Positions 9,901 to 24,210 of a stretch of DNA of 64,000 nucleotides are shown here, piece by piece. Location of the stretch: contig NC_092679.1 of assembly GCF_964355755.1 (NCBI RefSeq), positions 9,020,201-9,084,200 on the forward strand, given 5' to 3'. Positions within the stretch are counted from its first letter, which is position 1, and each line of letters starts with the position of its first letter. The position numbers and the translations under genes were made by a program. Source of the stretch: Antedon mediterranea. Its lineage: Eukaryota; Animalia; Echinodermata. The notes beneath the pieces were generated by a model. It saw only the letters and a program-made list of their open reading frames with translations, did not search any database and had not been told where the DNA came from.

Positions 9901-12900
9901 AAGCTATTCTGTACACTTTGATGTTTTTATGTTAACAAGTTTTTTCGAAATTCACAAAATGGTCTAAAACGTTTCCAAATGCGATTTGAAGCTATTCTGT
10001 ACACTTTGATGTTTTGTGTGAAAATTTTCTGTCGAAATGCTCAAAATGGTCAAAAACGTTTTTAAATACGATATTAAGCTACTTTGTGCTCTTTGATGTT
10101 TTTGTGTGAAATGTTTTATCGAAATGCTCAAAATGGTCTAAAACGGTTTCTAATGTGATTTCAAGCACTTTGATGTTTTTGTGTAACCAAGTTTTTCGAA
10201 AATCACAAAATTGTCTAAAACGTCTCCAAATGCGATTTGAAGCTATTCTGTACACTTTGGTGTTTTTATGTTAACAAGTTTTTTCGAAAATCACAAAATG
10301 GTCTAAAACGTCTCCAAATACGATTTAAAGCTATTTTAAGCACTTTTGTGTTTTTGTGTAACCAAGTTTTTTCGAAAATCACAAAAGGGTCTAAAATGTC
10401 TGTAAATGCGATTTGAAGCTATTTAAAGCACTTTGGTGTTTTTAGGTTAACAAGTTTTTTCGAAAATCACAAAATGGTCTAAAACGTCTACAAATGCGAT
10501 TTGAAGCTATTCTAAGCACTTTTGTGTTTTTATGTTAACAAGTTTTTTCGAAAATCACAAAATGGTCTAAAACGTCTCCAAATGCGATTTGAAGCTATTT
10601 TAAGCACTTTGGTGTTTTTGTGTTAACAAGTTTTTCGAAATGCTCAAAATGGTCTAAAACGTCTCCAAATGCGATTTGAAGCTATTCTAAGCACTTTGGT
10701 GTTTTTATGTTAACAAGTTTTTTCGAAAATCACAAAATGGTATAAAACGTCTCCAAATGCGATTTGAAGTTTTTCTAAGCACTTTGGTGTTTTTATGTTA
10801 ACAAGTTTTTTCGAAAATCACAAAATGGTCTAAAACGTTTCCAAATGCGATTTGAAGCTATTCTGTACACTTTGATGTTTTGTGTGAAAATTTTCTTTTG
10901 AAATGCTCAAAATGGTCAAAAACGTTTTTAAATACGATATTAAGCTACTTTGTGCTCTTTGATGTTTTTGTGTGAAATGTTTTATCGAAATGCTCAAAAT
11001 GGTCTAAAACGGTTTCTAATGCGATTTTAAGCTATTCTAAGCACTTTTGTGTTTTTATGTTAACAAGTTTTTTTGAAAATCACAAAATGGTCTAAAACGT
11101 CTCTAAATGCGATTTGAAGCTTTTCTGTACACTTTGATGTTTTTATGTTAACAACTTTTTTCGAAAATCACAAAATGGTCTAAAACGTCTCCAAATGCGA
11201 TTTTAAGCTATTCTAAGCACTTTGGTGTTTTTATGTTAACAAGTTTTTTTGAAAATCACAAAATGGTCTAAAACGTCTCTAAATGCGATTTGAAGCTTTT
11301 CTGTACACTTTGATGTTTTTATGTTAACAAGTTTTTTCGAAAATCACAAAATGGTCTAAAATGTCTCCAAATGCGATTTGAAGCTATTCTAAGCACTTTG
11401 GTGTTTTTATGGAAACAATTTTTTTCGAAAATCACAAAATGGTCTAAAACGTCTCCAATAGCGATTTGAAGCTTTTCTTTACACTTTGGTGTTTTTATGT
11501 TAACAAGTTTTTTCGAAAATCACAAAATGGTCTAAAACGTCTCCAAATGCGATTTGAAGCTATTCTGTACACTTTGATGTTTTTATGTTAACAAGTTTTT
11601 TCGAAAATCACAAAATGGTCTAAAATGTCTCCAAATGCGATTTGAAGCTATTCTAAGCACTTTGGTGTTTTTATGGAAACATTTTTTTTCGAAAATCACA
11701 AAATGGTCTAAAACGTCTCCAATAGTGATTTGAAGCTTTTCTTTACACTTTGGTGTTTTTATGTTAAGTTTTTTCGAAAATCACAAAATGGTCTAAAACG
11801 TCTCCAAATTCGATTTGAAGCTATTCTGTACACTTTGATGTTTTTATGTTAACAAGTTTTTTCGAAAATCACAAAATGGTCTAAAACGTCTACAAATGCG
11901 ATTTGAAGCTATTCTAAGCACTTTTGTGTTTTTATGTTAACAAGTTTTTTCGAAAATCACAAAATGGTCTAAAACGTCTGCAAATGCGATTTGAAACTAT
12001 TCTTAGCACATTGGTGTTTTTATTTAAACAAATTTTTTCGAAACTCACAAAATGGTCTAAAACGTCTCCAAATGCGATTTGAAGCTATTTTAAGCACTTT
12101 AGTGTTTTTGTGTTAACAAGTTTTTCGAAATGCTCAAAATGGTCTAAAACGTTTTTAAACACGATATTAAGCTCACAAAACGTCTCCAAATGCGATTTGA
12201 AGCTATTCTGTACACTTTGATGTTTTTATGTTAACAAGTTTTTCTTTACACTTTGGTGTTTTTATGTTAACAAGTTTTTTCGAAAATCACAAAATGGTCT
12301 AAAACGATTTCTAATGTGATTTTAAGCACTTTGATGTTTTTATGTTAACTAGTTTTTTCGAAAATCACAAAATGGTCTAAAACGTCTCCAAATGCGATTT
12401 GAAGCTATTTTAAGCACTTAGGTGCTTTTGTGTAACCAAGTTTTTTTGAAAATCACAAAAGGGTCTAAAATGTCTCCAAATGTGATTTGAAGCTATTTTA
12501 AGCAGTTTGGTGTTTTTGTGTTAACAAGTTTTTCGAAAATCACAAAATTGTCTAAAACGTCTCCAAATGCGATTTGAAGCTATTCTGTACACTTTGATGT
12601 TTTTATGTTAACAAGTTTTTTAGAAAATCACAAAATGGTCTAAAACATCTCCAAATGCGATTTAAAGCTATTTTAAGCACTTTGGTGTTTTTATGTTAAC
12701 AAGTTTTTTCGAAAATCACAAAATGGTCTAAAACGTCTCCAAATGCGATTTGAAGCTATTTTAAGCACTTTGGTGTTTTTGTGTTAACAAGTTTTTCGAA
12801 ATGCTCAAAATGGTCTAAAACGTTTCCAAATGCGATTTGAAGCTATTCTGTACACTTTGATGTTTTGTGTGAAAATTTTCTGTCGAAATGCTCAAAATGG

Positions 12901-15900
12901 TCAAAAACGTTTTTAAATACGATATTAAGCTACTTTGTGCTCTTTGATGTTTTTGTGTGAAATGTTTTATCAAAATGCTCAAAATGGTCTAAAACGGTTT
13001 CTAATGTGATTTCAAGCACTTTGATGTTTTTGTGTAACCAAGTTTTTCGAAAATCACAAAATTGTCTAAAACGTCTCCAAATGCGATTTGAAGCTATTCT
13101 GTACACTTTGATGTTTTTATGTTAACAAGTTTTTCGAAAATCACAAAATGGTCTAAAACGTCTCCAAATGCGATTTTAAGCTATTCTAAGCACTTTGGTG
13201 TTTTTATGTTAACAAGTTTTTTTGAAAATCACAAAATGGTCTAAAACGTCTCTAAATGCGATTTGAAGCTTTTCTGTACACTTTGATGTTTTTATGTTAA
13301 CAACTTTTTTCGAAAATCACAAAATGGTCTAAAATGTCTCCAAATGCGATTTGAAGCTATTCTAAGCACTTTGGTGTCTTTATGGAAACAATTTTTTTCG
13401 AAAATCACAAAATGGTCTAAAACGTCTCCAATAGCGATTTGAAGCTTTTCTGTACACTTTGGTGTTTTTATGTTAACAATTTTTTTCGAAAATCACAAAA
13501 TGGTCTAAAACGTCTCCAAATGCGATTTGAAGCTATTCTGTACACTTTGATGTTTTTATGTTAACAAGTTTTTTCGAAAATCACAAAATGGTCTAAAACG
13601 TTTCCAAATGCGATTTGAAGCTATTCTGTACACTTTGATGTTTTGTGTGAAAATTTTCTGTCGAAATGCTCAAAATGGTCAAAAACGTTTTTAAATACGA
13701 TATTAAGCTACTTTGTGCTCTTTGATGTTTTTGTGTGAAATGTTTTATCGAAATGCTCAAAATGGTCTAAAACGGTTTCTAATGTGATTTCAAGCACTTT
13801 GATGTTTTTGTGTAACCAAGTTTTTCGAAAATCACAAAATTGTCTAAAACGTCTCCAAATGCGATTTGAAGCTATTCTGTACACTTTGGTGTTTTTATGT
13901 TAACAAGTTTTTTCGAAAATCACAAAATGGTCTAAAACGTCTCCAAATACGATTTAAAGCTATTTTAAGCACTTTTGTGTTTTTGTGTAACCAAGTTTTT
14001 TCGAAAATCACAAAAGGGTCTAAAATGTCTGTAAATGCGATTTGAAGCTATTTAAAGCACTTTGGTGTTTTTAGGTTAACAAGTTTTTTCGAAAATCACA
14101 AAATGGTCTAAAACGTCTACAAATGCGATTTGAAGCTATTCTAAGCACTTTTGTGTTTTTATGTTAACAAGTTTTTTCGAAAATCACAAAATGGTCTAAA
14201 ACGTCTCCAAATGCGATTTGAAGCTATTTTAAGCACTTTGGTGTTTTTGTGTTAACAAGTTTTTCGAAATGCTCAAAATGGTCTAAAACGTCTCCAAATG
14301 CGATTTGAAGCTATTCTAAGCACTTTGGTGTTTTTATGTTAACAAGTTTTTTCGAAAATCACAAAATGGTATAAAACGTCTCCAAATGCGATTTGAAGTT
14401 TTTCTAAGCACTTTGGTGTTTTTATGTTAACAAGTTTTTTCGAAAATCACAAAATGGTCTAAAACGTTTCCAAATGCGATTTGAAGCTATTCTGTACACT
14501 TTGATGTTTTGTGTGAAAATTTTCTTTTGAAATGCTCAAAATGGTCAAAAACGTTTTTAAATACGATATTAAGCTACTTTGTGCTCTTTGATGTTTTTGT
14601 GTGAAATGTTTTATCGAAATGCTCAAAATGGTCTAAAACGGTTTCTAATGCGATTTTAAGCTATTCTAAGCACTTTTGTGTTTTTATGTTAACAAGTTTT
14701 TTTGAAAATCACAAAATGGTCTAAAACGTCTCTAAATGCGATTTGAAGCTTTTCTGTACACTTTGATGTTTTTATGTTAACAACTTTTTTCGAAAATCAC
14801 AAAATGGTCTAAAACGTCTCCAAATGCGATTTTAAGCTATTCTAAGCACTTTGGTGTTTTTATGTTAACAAGTTTTTTTGAAAATCACAAAATGGTCTAA
14901 AACGTCTCTAAATGCGATTTGAAGCTTTTCTGTACACTTTGATGTTTTTATGTTAACAAGTTTTTTCGAAAATCACAAAATGGTCTAAAATGTCTCCAAA
15001 TGCGATTTGAAGCTATTCTAAGCACTTTGGTGTTTTTATGGAAACAATTTTTTTCGAAAATCACAAAATGGTCTAAAACGTCTCCAATAGCGATTTGAAG
15101 CTTTTCTTTACACTTTGGTGTTTTTATGTTAACAAGTTTTTTCGAAAATCACAAAATGGTCTAAAACGTCTCCAAATGCGATTTGAAGCTATTCTGTACA
15201 CTTTGATGTTTTTATGTTAACAAGTTTTTTCGAAAATCACAAAATGGTCTAAAATGTCTCCAAATGCGATTTGAAGCTATTCTAAGCACTTTGGTGTTTT
15301 TATGGAAACATTTTTTTTCGAAAATCACAAAATGGTCTAAAACGTCTCCAATAGTGATTTGAAGCTTTTCTTTACACTTTGGTGTTTTTATGTTAAGTTT
15401 TTTCGAAAATCACAAAATTGTCTAAAACGTCTCCAAATTCGATTTGAAGCTATTCTGTACACTTTGATGTTTTTATGTTAACAAGTTTTTTCGAAAATCA
15501 CAAAATGGTCTAAAACGTCTACAAATGCGATTTGAAGCTATTCTAAGCACTTTTGTGTTTTTATGTTAACAAGTTTTTTCGAAAATCACAAAATGGTCTA
15601 AAACGTCTGCAAATGCGATTTGAAACTATTCTTAGCACATTGGTGTTTTTATTTAAACAAATTTTTTCGAAACTCACAAAATGGTCTAAAACGTCTCCAA
15701 ATGCGATTTGAAGCTATTTTAAGCACTTTAGTGTTTTTGTGTTAACAAGTTTTTCGAAATGCTCAAAATGGTCTAAAACGTTTTTAAACACGATATTAAG
15801 CTCACAAAACGTCTCCAAATGCGATTTGAAGCTATTCTGTACACTTTGATGTTTTTATGTTAACAAGTTTTTCTTTACACTTTGGTGTTTTTATGTTAAC

Positions 15901-16120
15901 AAGTTTTTTCGAAAATCACAAAATGGTCTAAAACGATTTCTAATGTGATTTTAAGCACTTTGATGTTTTTATGTTAACTAGTTTTTTCGAAAATCACAAA
16001 ATGGTCTAAAACGTCTCCAAATGCGATTTGAAGCTATTTTAAGCACTTAGGTGCTTTTGTGTAACCAAGTTTTTTTGAAAATCACAAAAGGGTCTAAAAT
16101 GTCTCCAAATGTGATTTGAA
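8860..16120 (+). repeat. Left-domain HOR: two near-identical tandem copies of 3629 bp
   Basis: An offset of 3629 is shared by AGCAGTTTGG (8872/12501), GTGTCTTTATGG (C at 9749/13378) and the GCTCACAAAACG junction (12171/15800). Confidence 0.9.
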
Positions 16121-19100
16121 GCTATTTTAAGCACTTTGGTGTTTTTGTGTTAACAAGTTTTTCGAAAATCACAAAATTGTCTAAAACGTCTCCAAATGCG
16201 ATTTGAAGCTATTCTGTACACTTTGATGTTTTTATGTTAACAAGTTTTTTAGAAAATCACAAAATGGTCTAAAACATCTCCAAATGCGATTTAAAGCTAT
16301 TTTAAGCACTTTAGTGTTTTTATGTTAACATGTTTTTTCGAAAATCACAAAATGGTCTAAAACGTCTCCAAATGCGATTTGAAGCTATTTTAAGCACTTT
16401 GGTGTTTTTGTGTTAACAAGTTTTTCGAAATGCTCAAAATGGTCTAAAACGTTTCCAAATGCGATTTGAAGCTATTCTGTACCCTTTGATGTTTTGTGTG
16501 AAAATTTTCTGTCGAAATGCTCAAAATGGTCAAAAACGTTTTTAAATACGATATTAAGCTACTTTGTGCTCTTTGATGTTTTTGTCTGAAATGTTTTATC
16601 GAAATGCTCAAAATGGTCTAAAACGGTTTCTAATGTGATTTCAAGCACTTTGATGTTTTTGTGTAACCAAGTTTTTCGAAAATCACAAAATTGTCTAAAA
16701 CGTCTCCAAATGCGATTTGAAGCTATTCTGTACTCTTTGATGTTTTTATGTTAACAAGTTTTTCGAAAATCACAAAATGGTCTAAAACGTCTCCAAATGC
16801 GATTTTAAGCTATTCTAAGCACTTTGGTGTTTTTATGTTAACAAGTTTTTTTGAAAATCACAAAATGGTCTAAAACGTCTCTAAATGCGATTTGAAGCTT
16901 TTCTGTACACTTTGATGTTTTTATGTTAACAAGTTTTTTCGAAAATCACAAAATGGTCTAAAATGTCTCCAAATGCGATTTGAAGCTATTCTAAGCACTT
17001 TGGTGTTTTTATGTTAAAAAGTTTTTTCGAAAATCACAAAATGGTCTAAAACGTCTACAAATGCGATTTGAAGCTATTCTAAGCACTTTTGTGTTTTTAT
17101 TTAAACAAATTTTTTCGAAACTCACAAAATGGTCTAAAACGTCTCCAAATGCGATTTGAAGCTATTTTAAGCACTTTGGTGTTTTTGTGTTAACAAGTTT
17201 TTCGAAATGCTCAAAATGGTCTAAAACGTTTTTAAACACGATATTAAGCTATTTTGTGCTCTTTGATGTTTTTTTGTGAAAAGTTTTAGCAAAATGCTCA
17301 AAATGGTCTAAAACGATTTCTAATGTGATTTTAAGCACTTTGATGTTTTTATGTTAACTAGTTTTTTTGAAAATCACAAAATGGTCTAAAACGTCTCCAA
17401 ATGCGATTTGAAGCTATTTTAAGCACTTAGGTGCTTTTGTGTAACCAAGTTTTTTTGAAAATCACAAAAGGGTCTAAAATGTCTCCAAATGTGATTTGAA
17501 GCTATTTTAAGCAGTTTGGTGTTTTTGTGTTAACAAGTTTTTCGAAAATCACAAAATTGTCTAAAACGTCTCCAAATGCGATTTGAAGCTATTCTGTACA
17601 CTTTGATGTTTTTATGTTAACAAGTTTTTTAGAAAATCACAAAATGGTCTAAAACATCTCCAAATGCGATTTAAAGCTATTTTAAGCACTTTGGTGTTTT
17701 TATGTTAACAAGTTTTTTCGAAAATCACAAAATGGTCTAAAACGTCTCCAAATGCGATTTGAAGCTATTTTAAGCACTTTGGTGTTTTTGTGTTAACAAG
17801 TTTTTCGAAATGCTCAAAATGGTCTAAAACGTTTCCAAATGCGATTTGAAGCTATTCTGTACACTTTGATGTTTTGTGTGAAAATTTTCTGTCGAAATGC
17901 TCAAAATGGTCAAAAACGTTTTTAAATACGATATTAAGCTACTTTGTGCTCTTTGATGTTTTTGTGTGAAATGTTTTATCAAAATGCTCAAAATGGTCTA
18001 AAACGGTTTCTAATGTGATTTCAAGCACTTTGATGTTTTTGTGTAACCAAGTTTTTCGAAAATCACAAAATTGTCTAAAACGTCTCCAAATGCGATTTGA
18101 AGCTATTCTGTACACTTTGATGTTTTTATGTTAACAAGTTTTTCGAAAATCACAAAATGGTCTAAAACGTCTCCAAATGCGATTTTAAGCTATTCTAAGC
18201 ACTTTGGTGTTTTTATGTTAACAAGTTTTTTTGAAAATCACAAAATGGTCTAAAACGTCTCTAAATGCGATTTGAAGCTTTTCTGTACACTTTGATGTTT
18301 TTATGTTAACAACTTTTTTCGAAAATCACAAAATGGTCTAAAATGTCTCCAAATGCGATTTGAAGCTATTCTAAGCACTTTGGTGTCTTTATGGAAACAA
18401 TTTTTTTCGAAAATCACAAAATGGTCTAAAACGTCTCCAATAGCGATTTGAAGCTTTTCTGTACACTTTGGTGTTTTTATGTTAACAATTTTTTTCGAAA
18501 ATCACAAAATGGTCTAAAACGTCTCCAAATGCGATTTGAAGCTATTCTGTACACTTTGATGTTTTGTGTGAAAATTTTCTTTTGAAATGCTCAAAATGGT
18601 CAAAAACGTTTTTAAATACGATATTAAGCTACTTTGTGCTCTTTGATGTTTTTGTGTGAAATGTTTTATCGAAATGCTCAAAATGGTCTAAAACGGTTTC
18701 TAATGCGATTTTAAGCTATTCTAAGCACTTTTGTGTTTTTATGTTAACAAGTTTTTTTGAAAATCACAAAATGGTCTAAAACGTCTCTAAATGCGATTTG
18801 AAACTTTTCTGTACACTTTGATGTTTTTATGTTAACAACTTTTTTCGAAAATCACAAAATGGTCTAAAATGTCTCCAAATGCGATTTGAAGCTATTCTAA
18901 GCACTTTGGTGTTTTTATGGAAACAATTTTTTTCGAAAATCACAAAATGGTCTAAAACGTCTCCAATAGCGATTTGAAGCTTTTCTGTACACTTTGATGT
19001 TTTTATGTTAACAAGTTTTTTCGAAAATCACAAAATGGTCTAAAACGTCTCCAAATGCGATTTGGAGCTATTCTGTACACTTTGATGTTTTTATGTTAAC

Positions 19101-21809
19101 AAGTTTTTTCGAAAATCACAAAATGGTCTAAAACGTTTCCAAATGCGATTTGAAGCTATTCTGTACACTTTGATGTTTTGTGTGAAAATTTTCTGTCGAA
19201 ATGCTCAAAATGGTCAAAAACGTTTTTAAATACGATATTAAGCTACTTTGTGCTCTTTGATGTTTTTTTGTGAAATGTTTTATCGAAATGCTCAAAATGG
19301 TCTAAAACGGTTTCTAATGTGATTTCAAGAACTTTTATGTTTTTGTGTAACCAAGATTTTCGAAAATCACAAAATTGTCTAAAACGTCTCCAAATGCGAT
19401 TTGAAGCTATTCTGTACACTTTGATGTTTTTATGTTAACAAGTTTTTCGAAAATCACAAAATGGTCTAAAACGTCTCCAAATGCGATTTTAAGCTATTCT
19501 AAGCACTTTGGTGTTTTTATGTTAACAAGTTTTTTTGAAAATCACAAAATGGTCTAAAACGTCTCTAAATGCGATTTGAAGCTTTTCTGTACACTTTGAT
19601 GTTTTTATGTTAACAACTTTTTTCGAAAATCACAAAATGGTCTAAAATGTCTCCAAATGCGATTTGAAGCTATTCTAAGCACTTTGGTGTTTTTATGGAA
19701 ACAATTTTTTTCGAAAATCAGAAAATGGTCTAAAACGTCTCCAATAGCGATTTGAAGCTTTTCTGTACACTTTGGTGTTTTTATGTTAACAAGTTTTTTC
19801 AAAAATCACAAAATGGTCTAAAATGTCTCCAAATGCGATTTGAAGCTTTTCTGTACACTTTGATGTTTTTATGTTAACAAGTTTTTTCGAAAATCACAAA
19901 ATGGTCTAAAACGTCTACAAATGCGATTTGAAGCTATTCTAAGCACTTTTGTGTTTTTATGTTAACAAGTTTTTTCGAAAATAACAAAATGGTCTAAAAC
20001 GTCTGCAAATGCGATTTGAAGCTATTTTAAGCACTTTGGTGTTTTTGTGTTAACAAGTTTTTCGAAATGCTCAAAATGGTCTAAAACGTTTCCAAATGCG
20101 ATTTGAAGCTATTCTGTACACTTTGATGTTTTGTGTGAAAATTTTCTGTCGAAATGCTCAAAATGGTCAAAAACGTTTTTAAATACGATATTAAGCTACT
20201 TTGTGCTCTTTGATGTTTTTGTGTGAAATGTTTTATCGAAATGCTCAAAATGGTTTAAAACGGTTTCTAATGTGATTTCAAGCACTTTGATGTTTTTGTG
20301 TAACCAAGTTTTTCGAAAATCACAAAATTGTCTAAAACGTCTCCAAATGCGATTTGAAGCTATTCTTTACACTTTGGTGTTTTTATGTTAACAAGTTTTT
20401 TCGAAAATCACAAAATGGTCTAAAACGTCTCCAAATGCGATTTAAAGCTATTTTAAGCACTTTTGTGTTTTTGTGTTAACAAGTTTTTCGAAAATCACAA
20501 AATGGTCTAAAACGTTTCCAAATGCGATTTGAAGCTATTCTGTACACTTTGATGTTTTGTGTGAAAATTTTCTTTCGAAATGCTCAAAATGGTCAAAAAC
20601 GTTTTTAAATACGATATTAAGCTACTTTGTGCTCTTTGATGTTTTTGTGTGAAATGTTTTATCGAAATGCTCAAAATGGTCTAAAACGGTTTCTAATGTG
20701 ATTTCAAGCACTTTGATGTTTTTGTGTAACCAAGTTTTTCGAAAATCACAAAATTGTCTAAAACGTCTCCAAATGCGATTTGAAGCTATTCTGTACACTT
20801 TGATGTTTTTATGTTAACAAGTTTTTCGAAAATCACAAAATGGTCTAAAACGTCTCCAAATGCGATTTGAAGCTATTCTGTACACTTTGATGTTTTTATG
20901 TTAACAAGTTTTTCGAAAATCACAAAATGGTCTAAAACGTCTCTAAATGCGATTTGAAGCTTTTCTGTACACTTTGATGTTTTTATGTTAACAACTTTTT
21001 TCGAAAATCACAAAATGGTCTAAAATGTCTCCAAATGCGATTTGAAGCTATTCTAAGCACTTTGATGTTTTTATGTTACCAAGTTTTTTCGAAAATCACA
21101 AAATGGTCTAAAATGTCTCCAATAGCGATTTTAAGCTATTCTGTACACTTTGATGTTTTTATGTTAACAAGTTTTTCGAAAATCACAAAATGGTCTAAAA
21201 CGTCTCCAAATGCGATTTTAAGCTATTCTAAGCACTTTGGTGTTTTTATGTTAACAAGTTTTTTCGAAAATCACAAAATGGTCTAAAATGTCTCCAAATG
21301 CGATTTGAAGCTATTCTAAGCACTTTGGTGTTTTTATGGAAACAATTTTTTTCGAAAATCACAAAATGGTCTAAAACGTCTCCAATAGCGATTTGAAGCT
21401 TTTCTGTACACTTTGGTGTTTTTATGTTAACAAGTTTTTTCGAAAATCACAAAATGGTCTAAAACGTCTCCAAATGCGATTTGAAGCTAATCTGTACACT
21501 TTGATGTTTTTATGTTAACAAGTTTTTTCGAAAATCACAAAATGGTCTAAAACGTTTCCAAATGCGATTTGAAGCTTTTCTTTACACTTTGGTGTTTTTA
21601 TGTTAACAAGTTTTTTCGAAAATCACAAAATGGTCTAAAACGTCTCCAAATGCGATTTGAAGCTATTCTGTACACTTTGATGTTTTTATGTTAACAAGTT
21701 TTTTCGAAGATCACAAAATGGTCTAAAACGTCTACAAATGCAATTTGAAGCTATTCTAAGCACTTTTGTGTTTTTATGTTAACAAGTTTTTTCGAAAATC
21801 ACAAAATGG

Positions 21810-24210
21810 TCTAAAACGTCTGCAAATGCGATTTTAAACTATTCTTAGCACATTGGTGTTTTTATTTAAACAAATTTTTTCGAAACTCACAAAATGGTCT
21901 AAAACGTCTCCAAATGCGATTTGAAGCTATTTTAAGCACTTTGGTGTTTTTGTGTTAACAAGTTTTTCGAAATGCTCAAAATGGTCTAAAACGTTTTTAA
22001 ACACGATATTAAGCTATTTTGTGCTCTTTGGTGTTTTTTTGTGAAAAGTTTTAGCAAAATGCTCAAAATGGTCTAAAACGATTTCTAATGTGATTTTAAG
22101 CACTTTGATGTTTTTATGTTAACTAGTTTTTTCGAAAATCACAAAATGGTCTAAAACGTCTCCAAATGCGATTTGAAGCTATTTTAAGCACTTAGGTGCT
22201 TTTGTGTAACCAAGTTTTTTTGAAAATCACAAAAGGGTCTAAAATGTCTCCAAATGTGATTTGAAGCTATTTTAAGCACTTTGGTGTTTTTGTGTTAACA
22301 AGTTTTTCGGAAATCACAAAATTGTCTAAAACGTCTCCAAATGCGATTTGAAGCTATTCTGTACACTTTGATGTTTTTATGTTAACAAGTTTTTTAGAAA
22401 ATCACAAAATGGTCTAAAACATCTCCAAATGCGATTTAAAGCTATTTTAAGCACTTTGGTGTTTTTATGTTAACAAGTTTTTTCGAAAATCACAAAATGG
22501 TCTAAAACGTCTCCAAATGCGATTTGAAGCTATTTTAAGCACTTGGGTGTTTTTGTGTTAACAAGTTTTTCGAAATGCTCAAAATGGTCTAAAACGTTTC
22601 CAAATGCGATTTGAAGCTATTCTGTACACTTTGATGTTTTGTTTGAAAATTTTCTGTCGAAATGCTCAAAATGGTCAAAAACGTTTTTAAAAACGATATT
22701 AAGCTACTTTGTGCTCTTTGATGTTTTTGTGTGAAATGTTTTATCGAAATGCTCAAAATGGTCTAAAACGGTTTCTAATGTGATTTCAAGCACTTTGATG
22801 TTTTTGTGTAACCAAGTTTTTCGAAAATCACAAAATTGTCTAAAACGTCTCCAAATGCGATTTGAAGCTATTCTGTACTCTTTGATGTTTTTATGTTAAC
22901 AAGTTTTTCGAAAATCACAAAATGGTCTAAAACGTCTCCAAATGCGATTTTAAGCTATTCTAAGCACTTTGGTGTTTTTATGTTAACAAGTTTTTTTGAA
23001 ATCACAAAATGGTCTAAAACGTCTGCAAATGCGATTTTAAACTATTCTTAGCACATTGGTGTTTTTATTTAAACAAATTTTTTCGAAACTCACAAAATGG
23101 TCTAAAACGTCTCCAAATGCGATTTGAAGCTATTTTAAGCACTTTGGTGTTTTTGTGTTAACAAGTTTTTCGAAATGCTCAAAATGGTCTAAAACGTTTT
23201 TAAACACGATATTAAGCTATTTTGTGCTCTTTGGTGTTTTTTTGTGAAAAGTTTTAGCAAAATGCTCAAAATGGTCTAAAACGATTTCTAATGTGATTTT
23301 AAGCACTTTGATGTTTTTATGTTAACTAGTTTTTTCGAAAATCACAAAATGGTCTAAAACGTCTCCAAATGCGATTTGAAGCTATTTTAAGCACTTAGGT
23401 GCTTTTGTGTAACCAAGTTTTTTTGAAAATCACAAAAGGGTCTAAAATGTCTCCAAATGTGATTTGAAGCTATTTTAAGCACTTTGGTGTTTTTGTGTTA
23501 ACAAGTTTTTCGGAAATCACAAAATTGTCTAAAACGTCTCCAAATGCGATTTGAAGCTATTCTGTACACTTTGATGTTTTTATGTTAACAAGTTTTTTAG
23601 AAAATCACAAAATGGTCTAAAACATCTCCAAATGCGATTTAAAGCTATTTTAAGCACTTTGGTGTTTTTATGTTAACAAGTTTTTTCGAAAATCACAAAA
23701 TGGTCTAAAACGTCTCCAAATGCGATTTGAAGCTATTTTAAGCACTTGGGTGTTTTTGTGTTAACAAGTTTTTCGAAATGCTCAAAATGGTCTAAAACGT
23801 TTCCAAATGCGATTTGAAGCTATTCTGTACACTTTGATGTTTTGTGTGAAAATTTTCTGTCGAAATGCTCAAAATGGTCAAAAACGTTTTTAAAAACGAT
23901 ATTAAGCTACTTTGTGCTCTTTGATGTTTTTGTGTGAAATGTTTTATCGAAATGCTCAAAATGGTCTAAAACGGTTTCTAATGTGATTTCAAGCACTTTG
24001 ATGTTTTTGTGTAACCAAGTTTTTCGAAAATCACAAAATTGTCTAAAACGTCTCCAAATGCGATTTGAAGCTATTCTGTACTCTTTGATGTTTTTATGTT
24101 AACAAGTTTTTCGAAAATCACAAAATGGTCTAAAACGTCTCCAAATGCGATTTTAAGCTATTCTAAGCACTTTGGTGTTTTTATGTTAACAAGTTTTTTT
24201 GAAATCACAA
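21810..24210 (+). repeat. Tandem duplication of a 1203-bp (14-monomer) block; a second instance lies at about 53825-56230
   Basis: TGCAAATGCGATTTTAAACTATTCTTAGC is at 21821 and 23024, and cassette A is at 22658 and 23861. The same spacing recurs at 54673 and 55876. Confidence 0.88.

Noticed and set aside
19605-19802. 65-aa minus-strand ORF and its copy at 51546-51743
   Set aside because: Chance read-through with a TTG start created by the TTTTCAAAAA variant. It marks the 32-kb duplication and is not a gene.
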